DNA of 64,000 nt from Phoronis australis (taxonomy: Eukaryota > Animalia > Phoronida): NCBI GenBank assembly GCA_002633005.1, contig NMRA01000171.1, positions 248,001 through 312,000 of the forward strand. The letters are read 5' to 3'. Position 1 is the stretch's first letter; each line of letters starts with the position of its first letter. The translations under genes and the position numbers were made by a program. Shown here one piece after another: positions 25,411-37,738 of this stretch. The notes beneath the pieces are model-generated. The model worked only from the letters and a program-made list of their open reading frames with translations, ran no database searches and had not been told where the DNA came from.

Positions 25411-26476
25411 TAGTCCGGTTACCTATTGTCGTCAGGCTCCAAAGGTCGTCCGCCATCTTGTTTCGCGTGCAGCGCAACCACGCGGGACTTAGCGTTCCAA
25501 TTTGGAGTGCTCGTGTGCACGTTAGGTACTAACTTATCGGAAGAGACACGTATCAAAGTAATGAGACAAAAATCGGTGAGTTTACCGATTGTTTTTTAAA
25601 ACCACTTAAAAATCAGTAGATTTTACTAATACACTTTTTTGTGCGTTTTCAGAAGATGTTTTCGAATTTAAATTTTCTTCCGACGGGACACAAAACATGA
25701 TCCAGGGTTTGTTTATGCAATGTATCTGTTTNNNNNNNNNNNNNNNNNNNNNNNNNNNNNNNNNNNNNNNNNNNNNNNNNNNNNNNNNNNNNNNNNNNNN
25801 NNNNNNNNNNNNNNNNNNNNNNNNNNNNNNNNNNNNNNNNNNNNNNNNNNNNNNNNNNNNNNNNNNNNNNNNNNNNNNNNNNNNNNNNNNNNNNNNNNNN
25901 NNNNNNNNNNNNNNNNNNNNNNNNNNNNNNNNNNNNNNNNNNNNNNNNNNNNNNNNNNNNNNNNNNNNNNNNNNNNNNNNNNNNNNNNNNNNNNNNNNNN
26001 NNNNNNNNNNNNNNNNNNNNNNNNNNNNNNNNNNNNNNNNNNNNNNNNNNNNNNNNNNNNNNNNNNNNNNNNNNNNNNNNNNNNNNNNNNNNNNNNNNNN
26101 NNNNNNNNNNNNNNNNNNNNNNNNNNNNNNNNNNNNTCCTACTAGTGCCTGGGACAAACAGATACATTGCATAAACAAACCCTGGATCATGTTTTGTGTC
26201 CCGTCGGAAGAAAATTTAAATTCGAAAACATCTTCTGAAAACGCACAAAAAAGTGTATTAGTAAAATCTACTGATTTTTAAGTGGTTTTAAAAAACAATC
26301 GGTAAACTCACCGATTTTTGTCTCATTACTTTGATACGTGTCTCTTCCGATAAGTTAGTACCTAACGTGCACACGAGCACTCCAAATTGGAACGCTAAGT
26401 CCCGCGTGGTTGCGCTGCACGCGAAACAAGATGGCGGACGACCTTTGGAGCCTGACGACAATAGGTAACCGGACTA
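25411..26476. mobile_element. Long-TIR (at least 320 bp) foldback DNA transposon spanning the assembly gap
   Basis: 25411-25731 is the reverse complement of about 26156-26476. Termini are TAGTCCGG...CCGGACTA, flanked by TA on both sides. Confidence 0.75.
25732..26136. other. Assembly gap (405 N)
   Basis: Run of N. Confidence 1.
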
Positions 26477-26978
26477 TACAGCCAACAAGCAGCAAGGTGG
26501 GGGGTCAACCAGTCAGATCCATGTTTAGTCTGATAAATCACATTAGGGATGTCTGGGTGAAGTATGACACCACAAAGTTTGGTGGTTTAGGAGATACAAG
26601 GGAAGTGTTCTGGGGGGCAAAATGAGGCAATTTCTTGGTGTGGAATGAGTCATTTTTTACCAAATTTTCTACTCCAGTTTCTGCTTCAAACAGAATCGTT
26701 TCTGAACAATTTTGATATCACATGATAGGTTCATGACCAATGTCAGTAAAAACGGCACCGACACTGCAATATCTGCAGTTACCATGGTAACACTGGAACT
26801 GTTTCCGTGGAGGTACATTTCCGTCTTGTGAAAAACCAGCAGTAAGCTGTACCCTTACAGCGAAGCTGCCCTCGCGAGAAAACTAAAAATAATAACATGG
26901 ACATGTAGAAGACTCCATGCCCTTGAAATTAATACAATAAAAACTTTGTCAGCCCTTCAGGCAGGCATGGTAATAGGT

Positions 26979-28724
26979 GTCTGAATTTCACTATTTTCAG
27001 ACCGCGTATCTGTATTTGTCATGTTAAACCAGTCAGTAGTTGTGCGCCGTTTCTACGCATTAATATGCCGTGGTATAATACAACAATTAAAACAATTGGT
27101 TTGCTTAAATGTTTTTAATTAATTTTAAGGACACTAGCATTTCCCAATATAATATGAAATTATACTAAATTTGTTCATCCAATTCGTCTGAATACCAAAC
27201 TAAAGCTTACAATGCGTTAGTTGAATGATGGCTGACATAAAGTGCGGGTTTGCGATTTTATCTATTTATCTGGCACTGCCAGTCGCATCGAATGTGGTAT
27301 TTCTACAAATTGCGGAGAGAAACAACTTTGGAAACTCTAGGGAAATGCACAAGATATATAGCCAGACATTTGAGCACCTTATAAGAGTACGTGGAGCTGA
27401 TGTGGAGGTGGAACGTGTCCTCCTGACCTGAGTAGTCTGTCGCAGTGTCTGCCTCGGAGGCAGGTGTGCAGGAGCTACATAACCTACCGTATTAGATTCA
27501 CTTTACCGAATCATCGTTACAACACTCGAGATATATTGGCGTCGCCAAAGACACTTAGAACATCCACTGAACACTAGAGAAGAAATCTGGTAGAGGTCTG
27601 AAAAATGATCAAAGACGCGTTAAGACGTTAAGTCAAGGTTCAACGTCCTGCTTCTTGTGAGCTCAGGTAGGAATCACTAAACTCCAGGGTCTGACCCTGA
27701 GGAATATTTATAGAAGCACGTCATTCATGCAAAAATACTTTTATTGACACACCGTGATTACTTATAACTTGGGTCTTATTGCTTAATCATATCTTATTCA
27801 AATTTGTTGATGTATATGCAACTATATGTATACATTGGCATAGAAAATAGGNGTCTGAATTTCACTATTTTCAGACCGCGTATGTGTATTTGTCATGTTA
27901 AACCAGTCACTAGTTGTGCGCCGTTTCTGCGCATTAATATGCCGTGGTATAATACAACAATTAAAACAATTGGTTTGCTTAAATGTTTTTAATTAATTTT
28001 AAGGACACTAGCATTTCCCAATAAAATATGAAATTATACTAAATTTGTTCATCCAATTCGTCTGAATACCAAACTAAAGCTTACAATGCGTTAGTTGAAT
28101 GATGGCTGACATAAAGTGCGGGTTTGCGATTTTATCTATTTATCTGGCACTGTCAGTCGCATCGAATGTGGTATTTCTACAAATTGCGGAGAGAAACAAC
28201 TTTGGAAACTCTAGGGAAATGCACAAGATATAGAGCCAGACATTTGAGCACCTTATAAGAGTACGTGGAGCTGATGTGGAGGTGGAACGTGTCCTCCTGA
28301 CCTGAGTAGTCTGTCGCAGTGTCTGCCTCGGAGGCAGGTGTGCAGGAGCTACATAACCTACTGTATTAGATTCACTTTACCGAATCATCGTTACAACACT
28401 CGAGATATATTGGCGTCGCCAAAGACACTTGGAACATCCACTGAACACTAGAGAAGAAATCTGGTAGAGGTCTGAAAAATGACCAAAGACGCGTTAAGAC
28501 GTTAAGTCAAGGTTCAACGTCCTGCTTCTTGTGAGCTCAGGTAGGAATCACTAAACTCCAGGGTCTGACCCTGAGGAATATTTATAGAAGCACGTCATTC
28601 ATGCAAAAATACTTTTATTGACACACCATGATTACTTATAACTTGGGCCTTATTGCTTAATCATATCTTATTCAAATTTGTTGATGTATATGCAACTATA
28701 TGTATACATTGGCATAGAAAATAG
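26979..28724. repeat. 872-bp near-identical tandem duplication around a single N (probable contig-overlap / haplotype artefact)
   Basis: 26979-27850 versus 27853-28724, differing only by scattered SNPs; N at 27852. Confidence 0.85.
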
Positions 28725-28725
28725 A

Positions 28726-28865
28726 TGCGCTGCCTCCGGCAGCTTGTCTGGGGCCCGCCTAAGCGCTACGTCGGAGCCTGCCTGCGCTGCCTCCGGCAGC
28801 TTGGCTGGGGCCCGCCTAAGCGCTACGTCGGAGCCTGCCTGCGCTGCCTCCGGAAGCTTGGCTGG
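28726..28865. repeat. GC-rich 57-bp tandem repeat, about 2.4 copies
   Basis: Unit TGCGCTGCCTCCGGCAGCTTG(G/T)CTGGGGCCCGCCTAAGCGCTACGTCGGAGCCTGCC. Confidence 0.9.
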
Positions 28866-29173
28866 ATGTCAGCATGCGCAGAGCAAACTTCCTGGTTAAA
28901 AATTGCCAGCTGACAGCCAATGAAAATAATCGTTCTAGTGCGCTGTACCTGGGCACCAGGTTAGGTTGTGTTCGGTGTCTGTGACTAAACTAGTTTTTAT
29001 TAGGTATTGATAAATTGACAAAATGGAAACTTTAGTGCTGTCCTTGATGACACGGGTTACACTGACAAAGAGGAATCACCAAAGAAAACTCAAACAAGCT
29101 CATTGAAACTGATACTCAGTGAAGTGACTGTATCCTTGCGCGTAACCTGCCACCAGATGTCACTTTGGTCGTT

Positions 29174-29590
29174 CACCCGCCATAGCCATCAAAAATATCC
29201 GTCACTTGTGCCAAATGGGTAAAACAAAGGTTTGTTCATTTGCTGCTAATTTTCTTCTTCTGAAATAACACTTCGGGTTTCACATTGCATGCACATCGTT
29301 GGTGTGGACGATTTTTTCATTTTTCAATCTATTGGTCACTCGCTGACCGTTTCCATCATATTATCACTCGGTCTCGGCATGNCACCCGCCATAGCCATCA
29401 AAAATATCTGTCACTTGTGCCAAATGGGTAAAACAAAGGTTTGTTCATTTGCTGCTAATTTTCTTCTTCTGAAATAACACTTCGGGTTTCACATTGCATG
29501 CACATCGTTGGTTTGGACGATTTTTTCATTTTTCAATCTATTGGTCACTCGCTGACCGTTTCCATCATATTATCACTCGGTCTCGGCATG
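29174..29590. repeat. 208-bp tandem duplication around a single N (probable assembly artefact)
   Basis: 29174-29381 versus 29383-29590; N at 29382. Confidence 0.85.
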
Positions 29591-29997
29591 AGCCGGGCGT
29601 GCCAGTGAGTGGCAGTGGCAGTAGGCAACACGTAGCCCCTCGTCGGTTGGCCTGTTAGGGGCTACAGTACTTCCCATCGCTTTCTGTACGCATTTCGTTC
29701 CATATATTTTAAACGGGCGGTAGGTCAAATCCGGCCACCGATTTTGAGTTTTCATCTCGTCAAAAATACATTCCACTCTTAATTTCTTAAATCACTTAAA
29801 AAAGCGTTGACTTTGACATTGCCTGGTCCTTTCTACTTCTATACATATATCTTCGATGAAGCTTAGTTGTGAGAATTTGGGTGACTTTGGCAAATAAGGC
29901 ACTAGTCAGACGTAGCGGTCCCACTTTAAACCACCATAACTTCTTTAATTTTTAACCTAAAATCATGATTTTAGTATTCACGTGCTCACAAGGCGTA

Positions 29998-30337
29998 TAG
30001 TCCGGTTACCTATTGTCGTCAGGCTCCAAAGGTCGTCCGCCATCTTGTTTCGCGTGCAGCGCAACCACGCGGGACTTAGCGTTCCAATTTGGAGTGCTCG
30101 TCTGCACGTTAGGTACTAACTTATCGGAAGAGACACGTATCAAAGTAATGAGACAAAAATCGGTGAGTTTACCGATTGTTTTTTAAAACCACTTAAAAAT
30201 CAGTAGATTTTACTAATACACTTTTTTGTGCGTTTTCAGAAGATGTTTTCGAATTTAAATTTTCTTCCGACGGGACACAAAACAAGATCCAGGGTTTGTT
30301 TATGCAATGTATCTGTTTGTCCCAGGCACTAGTAGGA
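29998..30337 (+). mobile_element. Second copy of the left end of the foldback element (right end not found)
   Basis: Near-identical to 25411-25731 and to the reverse complement of 26137-26476; preceded by TA. Confidence 0.8.
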
Positions 30338-31808
30338 TCTAGAAGGCCAAAGGAAAAATCCGCAGACAAATGCGATACGCTGGGTTCTTAACATTTTTGC
30401 CTCACGTTCACCATTAAACTGCATTGAAATGTTGACCAATTGGCTTTTATTGGAAACCACAGTGCAGAGCTCAACATCAAAACTTCAAATCGAGTTTATG
30501 TCAATAAAAACAGGCTGTTGCAATTTTCATTACTTCGTTGGCCTTTTTCTGCATGTTTCTCAGTTTTTACAAAAGGGGGCAGCATATGACGACCTTAGGT
30601 TTCACAATAAAATGGCTGCCGATTGCAGTGCACATTTGAAATAACTCGGCACAAATTAAAGAAAACTTCCGAATCGATGAATGCGGTATATCTGTGAGAG
30701 TTAAATCGAATCCTATTCAGATCATAACTTTGGAGTGGAATAATTCGGTGAGTACAACAGCAAGTCGGTTTTATGCTTAGGCGGACGACCATTGGGTTCC
30801 CGAGTATATAGAAATTGATGTGTGCTGTTAATTTTGCTATACCTTGATCCAGTTTTAAATTATTTTACTTTGAAATTAGAGCTCTGTTGCCGTCTTGTTG
30901 CCAGTCGGTTACACGCACAGTGACGTCATAGGAATGCCTGACACCTACCGTCGATTGTGTGTATTCATTTTCAGTGTAAGGAAACGATGCGTCACAATTT
31001 CAGGAGGCACGGAAGGAAAATCCGTTTTAATCTCGTCGCTTCGCAAAACGATACTGAACTCATTTATAATTGCGTGATTCAAAGTGTTTCGGAAACCAAG
31101 TGAGGCTGGTGTCGTTTGTCACGTTTCATTCAAAGGCGCAAAGTAAGAAGTCGTGTTCGTGCAGTCAGACCTTTGGTTTGTGGTGCCTGAAAGCAAAATG
31201 ACTTTCATTTGCGATTCTAAATTAATTATTAATTCTTGTGATACCATTGTACCAATTACAGTGTAAGCCTAGCAATGGTATGTACAGTTTCAATATAAGA
31301 TAGTAATTATGCAGAAAATTTTATTTTGTTAAGTAGAAGTCATGTAAAGATGCACCTTGTACCGTAGTAGAAAACTTCAAGTGAAACAGCTCAATTGGGA
31401 AGTAGTGAGTGGCCCTTTAAAAGGGCCCTTGGGTTTTTGTCACTTGAGCAGCGAGATTCGAGTGAGTGGCCCTTAAAAGGGTCGTTGGGTTTTGGTACTC
31501 AAGGAGTGGCGTACCACAGCGGCTATGTGGTCGACTATCGTGAAAAACGCCTGTCGACCGCTGTTGCCCGCGTAACGTTCCCGCCACATGAACTCGTCTA
31601 GATGCGCACCCAACATGTCAGGGAGGACACCACACATGCTCTTGAACCTCATCTTCGTGTTCTTCCAGTAACACTTGACATGGTTGATGTGTGCGCCAAT
31701 CTGTGGATCAACGAAGGTCATGGTATGGTTGACCGTCTGCTGGGTGTACGGTGGCACAACGGGGAGGTTGGCAGTACCGTTGTAGGCAGCCCACATATTG
31801 CTGTGGAT

Positions 31809-33428
31809 CAGGGCTCAACACTAACGGGTGCCCGATTGCCCGTGTACATGTAGATTATGCGTCGGGCAAGTGGAATTTGAAAAGTACTTGCCCGATGGGC
31901 AAGTTAAAAAGTTGGCCGCATAGGCAAGTAGATCCTAAGATTGTCTGCTCAACATTTGCTCCAAAGTAACGAACCCCGACACAAGCCTAAAAACTGTCGA
32001 AAAAGCCCCTGTGGCCGTCAAAGAAACTCCCGTCTTCGAATGAGCACCAAAAGAAAAATAGAACAAGTGTGATGCACCGTGCACAGATCACGCCCGCGGT
32101 AAAATCCTTTTGATTCTCTGAACGTGCCCTGCAGTTTCTGAATAAGTTGTCACGTGATACTACTGATCGTCTGCACTCTGTCAAAACGTCTAAACAAGGA
32201 AGCCGTCCACGCCTGGACGGCATTAGTTTAGTCGCTAAAAAACAAGTTCAAGATGAATCAAAGCAACAATATGAAAGGAAAAGAGTGCGGGGATGGGTTC
32301 CGTCATGGGAAATTAGGTTTCTTGGCATGGGAGACTGAACAAGGGATTTTTGCCGGCGTTTACCCATGTACAGCTGGAAGCACCGTGTTCGTCGGCGGAT
32401 GTAAGTCATACAGATAAGCGTAAAAGATAAAAGTGAGTGATTGACACCATATTTTCTACACTATACAGCAGTTTTAAAGGCCTGGTATTTATTCAGGGGG
32501 AATTCCAAAGGAAATTCTTATGAATTCCCGGCTCTCGGTGGCAACTCCCGAAAGAGGAATACGGTCTTCAGGATTGTTGCTCTGAAGGGTTATTTTTTCG
32601 CAGTCTATTTTTCAAAAATGTAATTATTTATTGAAAATAAAAGTATATGTGGCATTATTATATGTTAAAACTTGATTTAAATTTAATACACGGTATCGAT
32701 GACCAAAACTAAGATTTTTACGGATAGCAAAAATTCAAATTCAGGTTTAGCAACAACGCATGAGGGCGTAGGCCTATAAACTAATGAATGCACAGAAGTG
32801 ACTAGAGTTCATGCCCTAGCTCATTTCGGCGCCTGTGAACGTGAGACAATGGTTCAGATACCATAGTTACTCTTCTAATTTGTCTCTCTAGTGTTTTGAC
32901 ACACCTTATAAATAAATGTTCTATAAGAAGAATCGTTGAAAAAATAGCAACCAGGGGCGGATCCAGGATTTTGAGTTAGGGGGGCCAGGGCACAGAATAA
33001 CCAGAATTTCGGCAGATACACACGCCCAGGCTAAATTGTGGGGACGCATAGGCCTCGAATGAGGACCTGTTGACTAACAAAAAAAAGGTAAACGGGATTT
33101 GTTCAGTTTGTTCAGGGCCTATGCGTTGTATATCACCCCCGATGAGCCCCTGCTTGCGCGCACCCGAATTCCCAAATGGTATCTGGTAGAATTTTAGGGG
33201 GAGCCATGGCCCCCCTAAATCCGCCACTGGCAACTCATGTATTCAGCATGCACGACACAAGAGGAGGCTCAGCACATTCAGCCCTACGGTAACACATTAC
33301 CTAGGTGTGCACATGCATGGTGCTATTTGGGATTGTACTTGGGGCAAGTGAATTTGTTGTTCGGGCAAGTAAAAATTTCAACTACTTGCCGAAGGGCAAG
33401 TGGCCTAAAAAGTTAATGTTGAGCCCTG
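31809..33428. mobile_element. hAT-like non-autonomous element inserted in the Merlin transposase, 6-bp TSD
   Basis: TIR CAGGGCTCAACA(C/T)TAAC (16/17); flanks GTGGAT and GTAGAT; multiple subterminal GGGCAAGT motifs at both ends. Confidence 0.88.
32952..33229. mobile_element. MITE nested in the preceding element, 5-bp TSD
   Basis: CAGGGGCGGAT...ATCCGCCACTG with GCAAC on both sides. Confidence 0.85.
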
Positions 33429-34223
33429 GTAGATGATGGAGCCGAGCAAGTTGAACTGTTGTATGATGGGTAGAAGTGTATTGGCATTCTTGTTTGGCAC
33501 AAACTGCAGAAATCCAACGTTCTATACGGGGCAGTATCCTCCAAACACCGATCGTTGCTAAACCACATGGCCCACGTTGTTCTTTCTTCTGGCCATCAAC
33601 GACTCGTCAATTTGCACGATGACTCCGGGGACGCCAATCCGTATGGGGTTGTTCGCGAGTTGGGTGGAGCATGCATCTCGGAGATAGCTTAACCAAGTCA
33701 TTATCACAGTCCGGTCTATTCCCAGCATCTCCTCGGCAAGCACTATCAGTTGCTTGAATGTCCAAGCCCAGACAAGCTGTATCAATAGCTGCAGTGTCAA
33801 CCTGGACTTGGACCAGAAGGAGTCGTCTCGCAGTGACATCTTGTGAGACTTGTGCCTCGGGCAGTGCCAGATCTTCCCACCTCCTCCTGAACCACCACGA
33901 ACCTCGGTCATCAAACGAGGGCACACCCCACACTGGAGTGACTGGCATCTGATGGTGTTGTGAGCCCTCAGAAACTGAAGCGCTGCGTCTTCGTCACGCG
34001 TGAACTCGACTATTTCTGCAAGAGACATTTCGAAAATGGTAGCCACGTGTAGAGTATCTTTTGAAACTTATAGTCATAGGTGCACGTGCTTGAAATGGGC
34101 GTCTCACAACTTTCAGGTGTCGTGTCTTTTATGAATATTCACATTTTATTGGTTATCTTGGAAAAGAGTGACTTTTGTTGCTTTTTTGAACCACTCCCAC
34201 AGTGCTGATAGCAGTGATAGAAC

Positions 34224-34732
34224 CAGGGCTTGGAATTTTCCGCGGAAACGCGGATTTCCGCTTTTTTCAAATGTGCTTTCCGCTTTTTTTATAATATTTC
34301 AGCGTAAAAAAATCGGATTTGATATAAAATTTCCGCGGCAAATTCCTCTCTTACCGTGGCGTTGCAGATGACGTTCACCTCGAAAAGCGGAAGTTGCTCT
34401 TTATGTTTCGGAAGAACGTAAATTGTCAACATTGCCGGGGCATCTGGGACAGCGTGGTGGGATTTTCAATGGCGTCTCGTGTTATTGTTAAGCGCGGCGA
34501 CAAATACTACCGCTCTGCAGCCAAAAATGTGTGGGTTGGGAGTGGACGGGCGAGCTAAAAGGACGCAGACGCATGCTACTGATGGTGGTAACATTTTTTT
34601 TTAGTCCTCCCGATTTTTGTCGGGGAAAGGGTCACATTGACCATTTCAAGGCTGGTTATCGGGGCATGATTTGAGCCGTAATAAAAGTTTCAAAGTTTCC
34701 GCGTTTTTTGTCATTGGTCATTCCAAGCCCTG
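34224..34732. mobile_element. hAT-like MITE, 6-bp TSD
   Basis: Perfect 13-bp TIR CAGGGCTTGGAAT; TSD TAGAAC (34218-34223 and 34733-34738); subterminal TTTCCGC repeats. Confidence 0.9.
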
Positions 34733-36689
34733 TAGAACTCGACTTTTACCGTCATTTTAGAGCAGACCTGTTTACCGTAGGCAAAAATGCGGATAACTCT
34801 CGGGCTAAATATGTGCTGTCTTTAAGATAGCAACCTGTCTACAATTGAACTTCTGAAAGAATTGTTACGAAGAACGGCAGTGTCTTTAAAAGATTAACGA
34901 GACCTTCAGATTTATAATGCAAGTTGTGTAGTGCGTTGTTTTTTTGCACATATTGATTTCGCAACAGGTTGAGGCGTTGGCGTCATTTGATTTTTTTACA
35001 GCCAGCAGACTACGTTCTTCCCAAAAATACACAGAAATTTCTCCTATCCCATTCCCTTAGTATTTTATCGTGAAGTTTCTATTCCCTGGTTCTCGGTAGT
35101 GATACTGCCATGTTGAATGGCAGGTGTCACCTGGCGGTCAAAAACTGAACTAATTTATTGACACCTTTATTCTGCAGAGTGTCGCTTTTCATAGGTTCAA
35201 ACTGACCAAGACCCTATGGTCCCAAGGGTTCGAATTCAATTACATGGTGATCCTGGCACGCATCTGCTAGTAAGAATCTGCAAAAAGGCGGAGGTTATTT
35301 TTAAGGTCCAAATTGGTGAAAATGGTATCACTTCAGACAGTTTCGTGGAAAAGTGGTCAAATTATCAAAAATTCTAAACAAAATTTGGAAAAGGGTGAAA
35401 CGCTACCACTTGCTTCTCCATGTTATGTCAGGACAACTTTAGGGGGAATCTTGCATACAAACACCATTCAGAATCTATGATGCTGTTTTTTTCATTAGCA
35501 ACAGGTGTCGCTGTAATCTTGAGTTGAGCATACATGGCGAACAGAAATTTGACGATAAAACACTGAGGAAATGCAGTAGGGAACACATAATTATATTTTT
35601 GAAAAGATAACATTGCGAGGAATCGAACAATACCAAAATCATGTGTGTAGTTCCCAAAATCAGAAAGTGGCCATTTTTAACACTGCGCACGGCAGGTGGT
35701 ATGATGTGATACCCCTGCTTCTTATGAAGCTTCATATGCTGCAAACTTTTTGGCAAATTATGCCTCACACTGATTAAAGCATCAAAGTCACTTTGTTATA
35801 AGTACCTTTTGCACATAGAGGGAAACCTTAAGTTGGGTGAGCAAACCAATATTGCAGAAATTCAGCAAGAGCAAAATTTTGCCATTTTTCATGGTTTTCA
35901 CAAGCTCATATATGTTAGCATACTTAATGATAGAAAATTATAAATATGCCAGCGAAATATTTAAACCTTCTTCTCTCTATATACATTAATACAAGTGGGG
36001 GCATTGACGAATATTTTTAAAAATTAAACAGGTGCAAGCACTAAGGACATATTTTGCTCACCACTAAATTCTTGTAAGTTTTAGTCGAGGTCAGAGTTTG
36101 TACTGCTAGATGGCCATTTCTGAACCGATTACCATGATATAGGTAGCAATTGATTCATGAAAAATTTCAGCATTCTACCCTTTTCATTTTTTGCCAAACA
36201 TATTTGAAATTAGGATTTTTACACTTTAACACCTCTTAACTTCCTGACTTGAAATTTTTTTGTAAAGTGTTCACTCACTGTCATCATCATCAATGTTATC
36301 CTAATCCATTTCAAACTTTAATCAGGTAATTAAGCATGGTCCATTTAGGAACACATCATAAAAGGTAGTAGGTTCAGTTAAATTTAAAGTTCACACAGAG
36401 TTCAAACTTATCTAGAATGTGATTGGTCAATTGTTGTTAAAGAAACCTGTCCATAATTTCCATGAAATACAAAAAATAGTACTTGGGGCAAATCAAGTTG
36501 TTTAAAGTAGTGCATAATATTTCTGAAATTAGAACTTAAAATTAAGAATTGAGGGTTGGGTTAAATTTTTTGACTTTTTGTGCAATTAATGTTTTCATTG
36601 TTAACCTTTTTCTTTGTGGTGGAACTGCAAGCAGTTTAATTTATTAGTTAAAATTAGATCACAGTGAAATCAAGGTGAGAGTACCTTAC

Positions 36690-37738
36690 TTTTTATGCGC
36701 CCACATATTTATATGTGGACGCATTATGCCGTCATCTCCGTCCGTCCGGGCGGCGTGCGTTTGGCGTCTGTGCTTTATCTCCAAAACCCTTTGACATACG
36801 TTCATGAAATTTGGCACATATGTTCCATTCATGAATGGGACGGCATGTGCAAACTTTCGGACGGATCCGATTACCGGTGTGCCCCCTAGTGGCAATTTTA
36901 GTTTTTTACGCTTACCTTTGTATCTTCAAAAGTCCTGAACGGATTTTCATGAAATTTGGTATGTAGGCACCTATTAGTGAGATGACGCTATCCTCCTGTT
37001 TTCAGATGGATTCGACATAGTTTGTGCCACCTAGTGGCCATTTTTACTGTTTTAGAGTCTGTATTTTTGTGTCCACCCCTCTATCAACCAAACCTCTCAA
37101 AGGATGATTGTGAAAATTGGCATGTATGTGCTTACTATAAAGAGGACAGCTGACAATGATTTTCAGACGATTTGGACTACTGTGGCGCCTCCTAGTGGCA
37201 GTTTTTTTTGCGCCCATGGCTGTATCTCCCAAACCGTTTGCAGGATCTTTACTAAATTTAGCAAGTGTATTTATGTGATGTTGACAACGGACGATGACGA
37301 CTTTAGGATGATTCTGACTACCGGTATGCCTCTAGTGGCAATTTTAGTATTTTACATTGACCTCTGTATTTTCATAGGTCTTCAGGTGTATACTTTGTGT
37401 TACTTCGTGACTATGAAGGAAAAGTTCCAAGTAGAAATTTGTTTCTGGCATTCTAATGCTGTGCTAATCTCGTATGTTGGTAAATTTGTTTTTAATTCTA
37501 TGTTTCTGTGGTGCTTTAAGCAACTGATGTATAGGATGTGCTTGTATTATGAAGATCACTCACATTTTGCCCCTAGCCTATTGAGGAGACAATGACCATG
37601 CCTTTCCATTTTGCAAAGTACAACATACTACATATGTGCCCTCTACTGGCCACTTTATGGTACCAATAAACAACCCTAAAAGGATACCGTATACGGTGCA
37701 ATTGTGGGCGCATTTGAACGCTCTGCGTTGCTCTTGTT
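36690..37738 (+). mobile_element. Full-length HINE / DINE-1-like Helentron-associated element
   Basis: T-tract, then 5' hairpin ATGCGCCCACATATTTATATGTGGACGCAT, a (GTCC)n tract, internal CCTAGTGGC(A/C)ATTTT subrepeats, a 3' subterminal inverted repeat GTGGGCGCAT and a short hairpin AACGCTCTGCGTT before TT. Confidence 0.8.

Larger units (their letters stand above)
31473..34046 (-). pseudogene. Merlin / ISXO2 (IS1595-type DDE) transposase pseudogene, split by a nested insertion
   Basis: The N-terminal part (34046-33429) has a Cys-rich zinc ribbon, VIVQIDES, VFGG and NANTLLPIIQQ with two in-frame stops. The C-terminal part (31808-31473) has IHSNMWAAY, VNHTMTFVDP..GAHINHVKCYW and HLDEFMWR. The second D and the E of the catalytic triad appear mutated (SN, HVK). 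Confidence 0.9.

Noticed and set aside
25606-26281. Four long ORFs in the track
   Set aside because: Artefacts of translating the N gap.
26979-29590. Tandem duplications of 872 bp and 208 bp as biological events
   Set aside because: Each is centred exactly on a single-N join with only SNP-level differences, typical of unmerged heterozygous contig overlaps.
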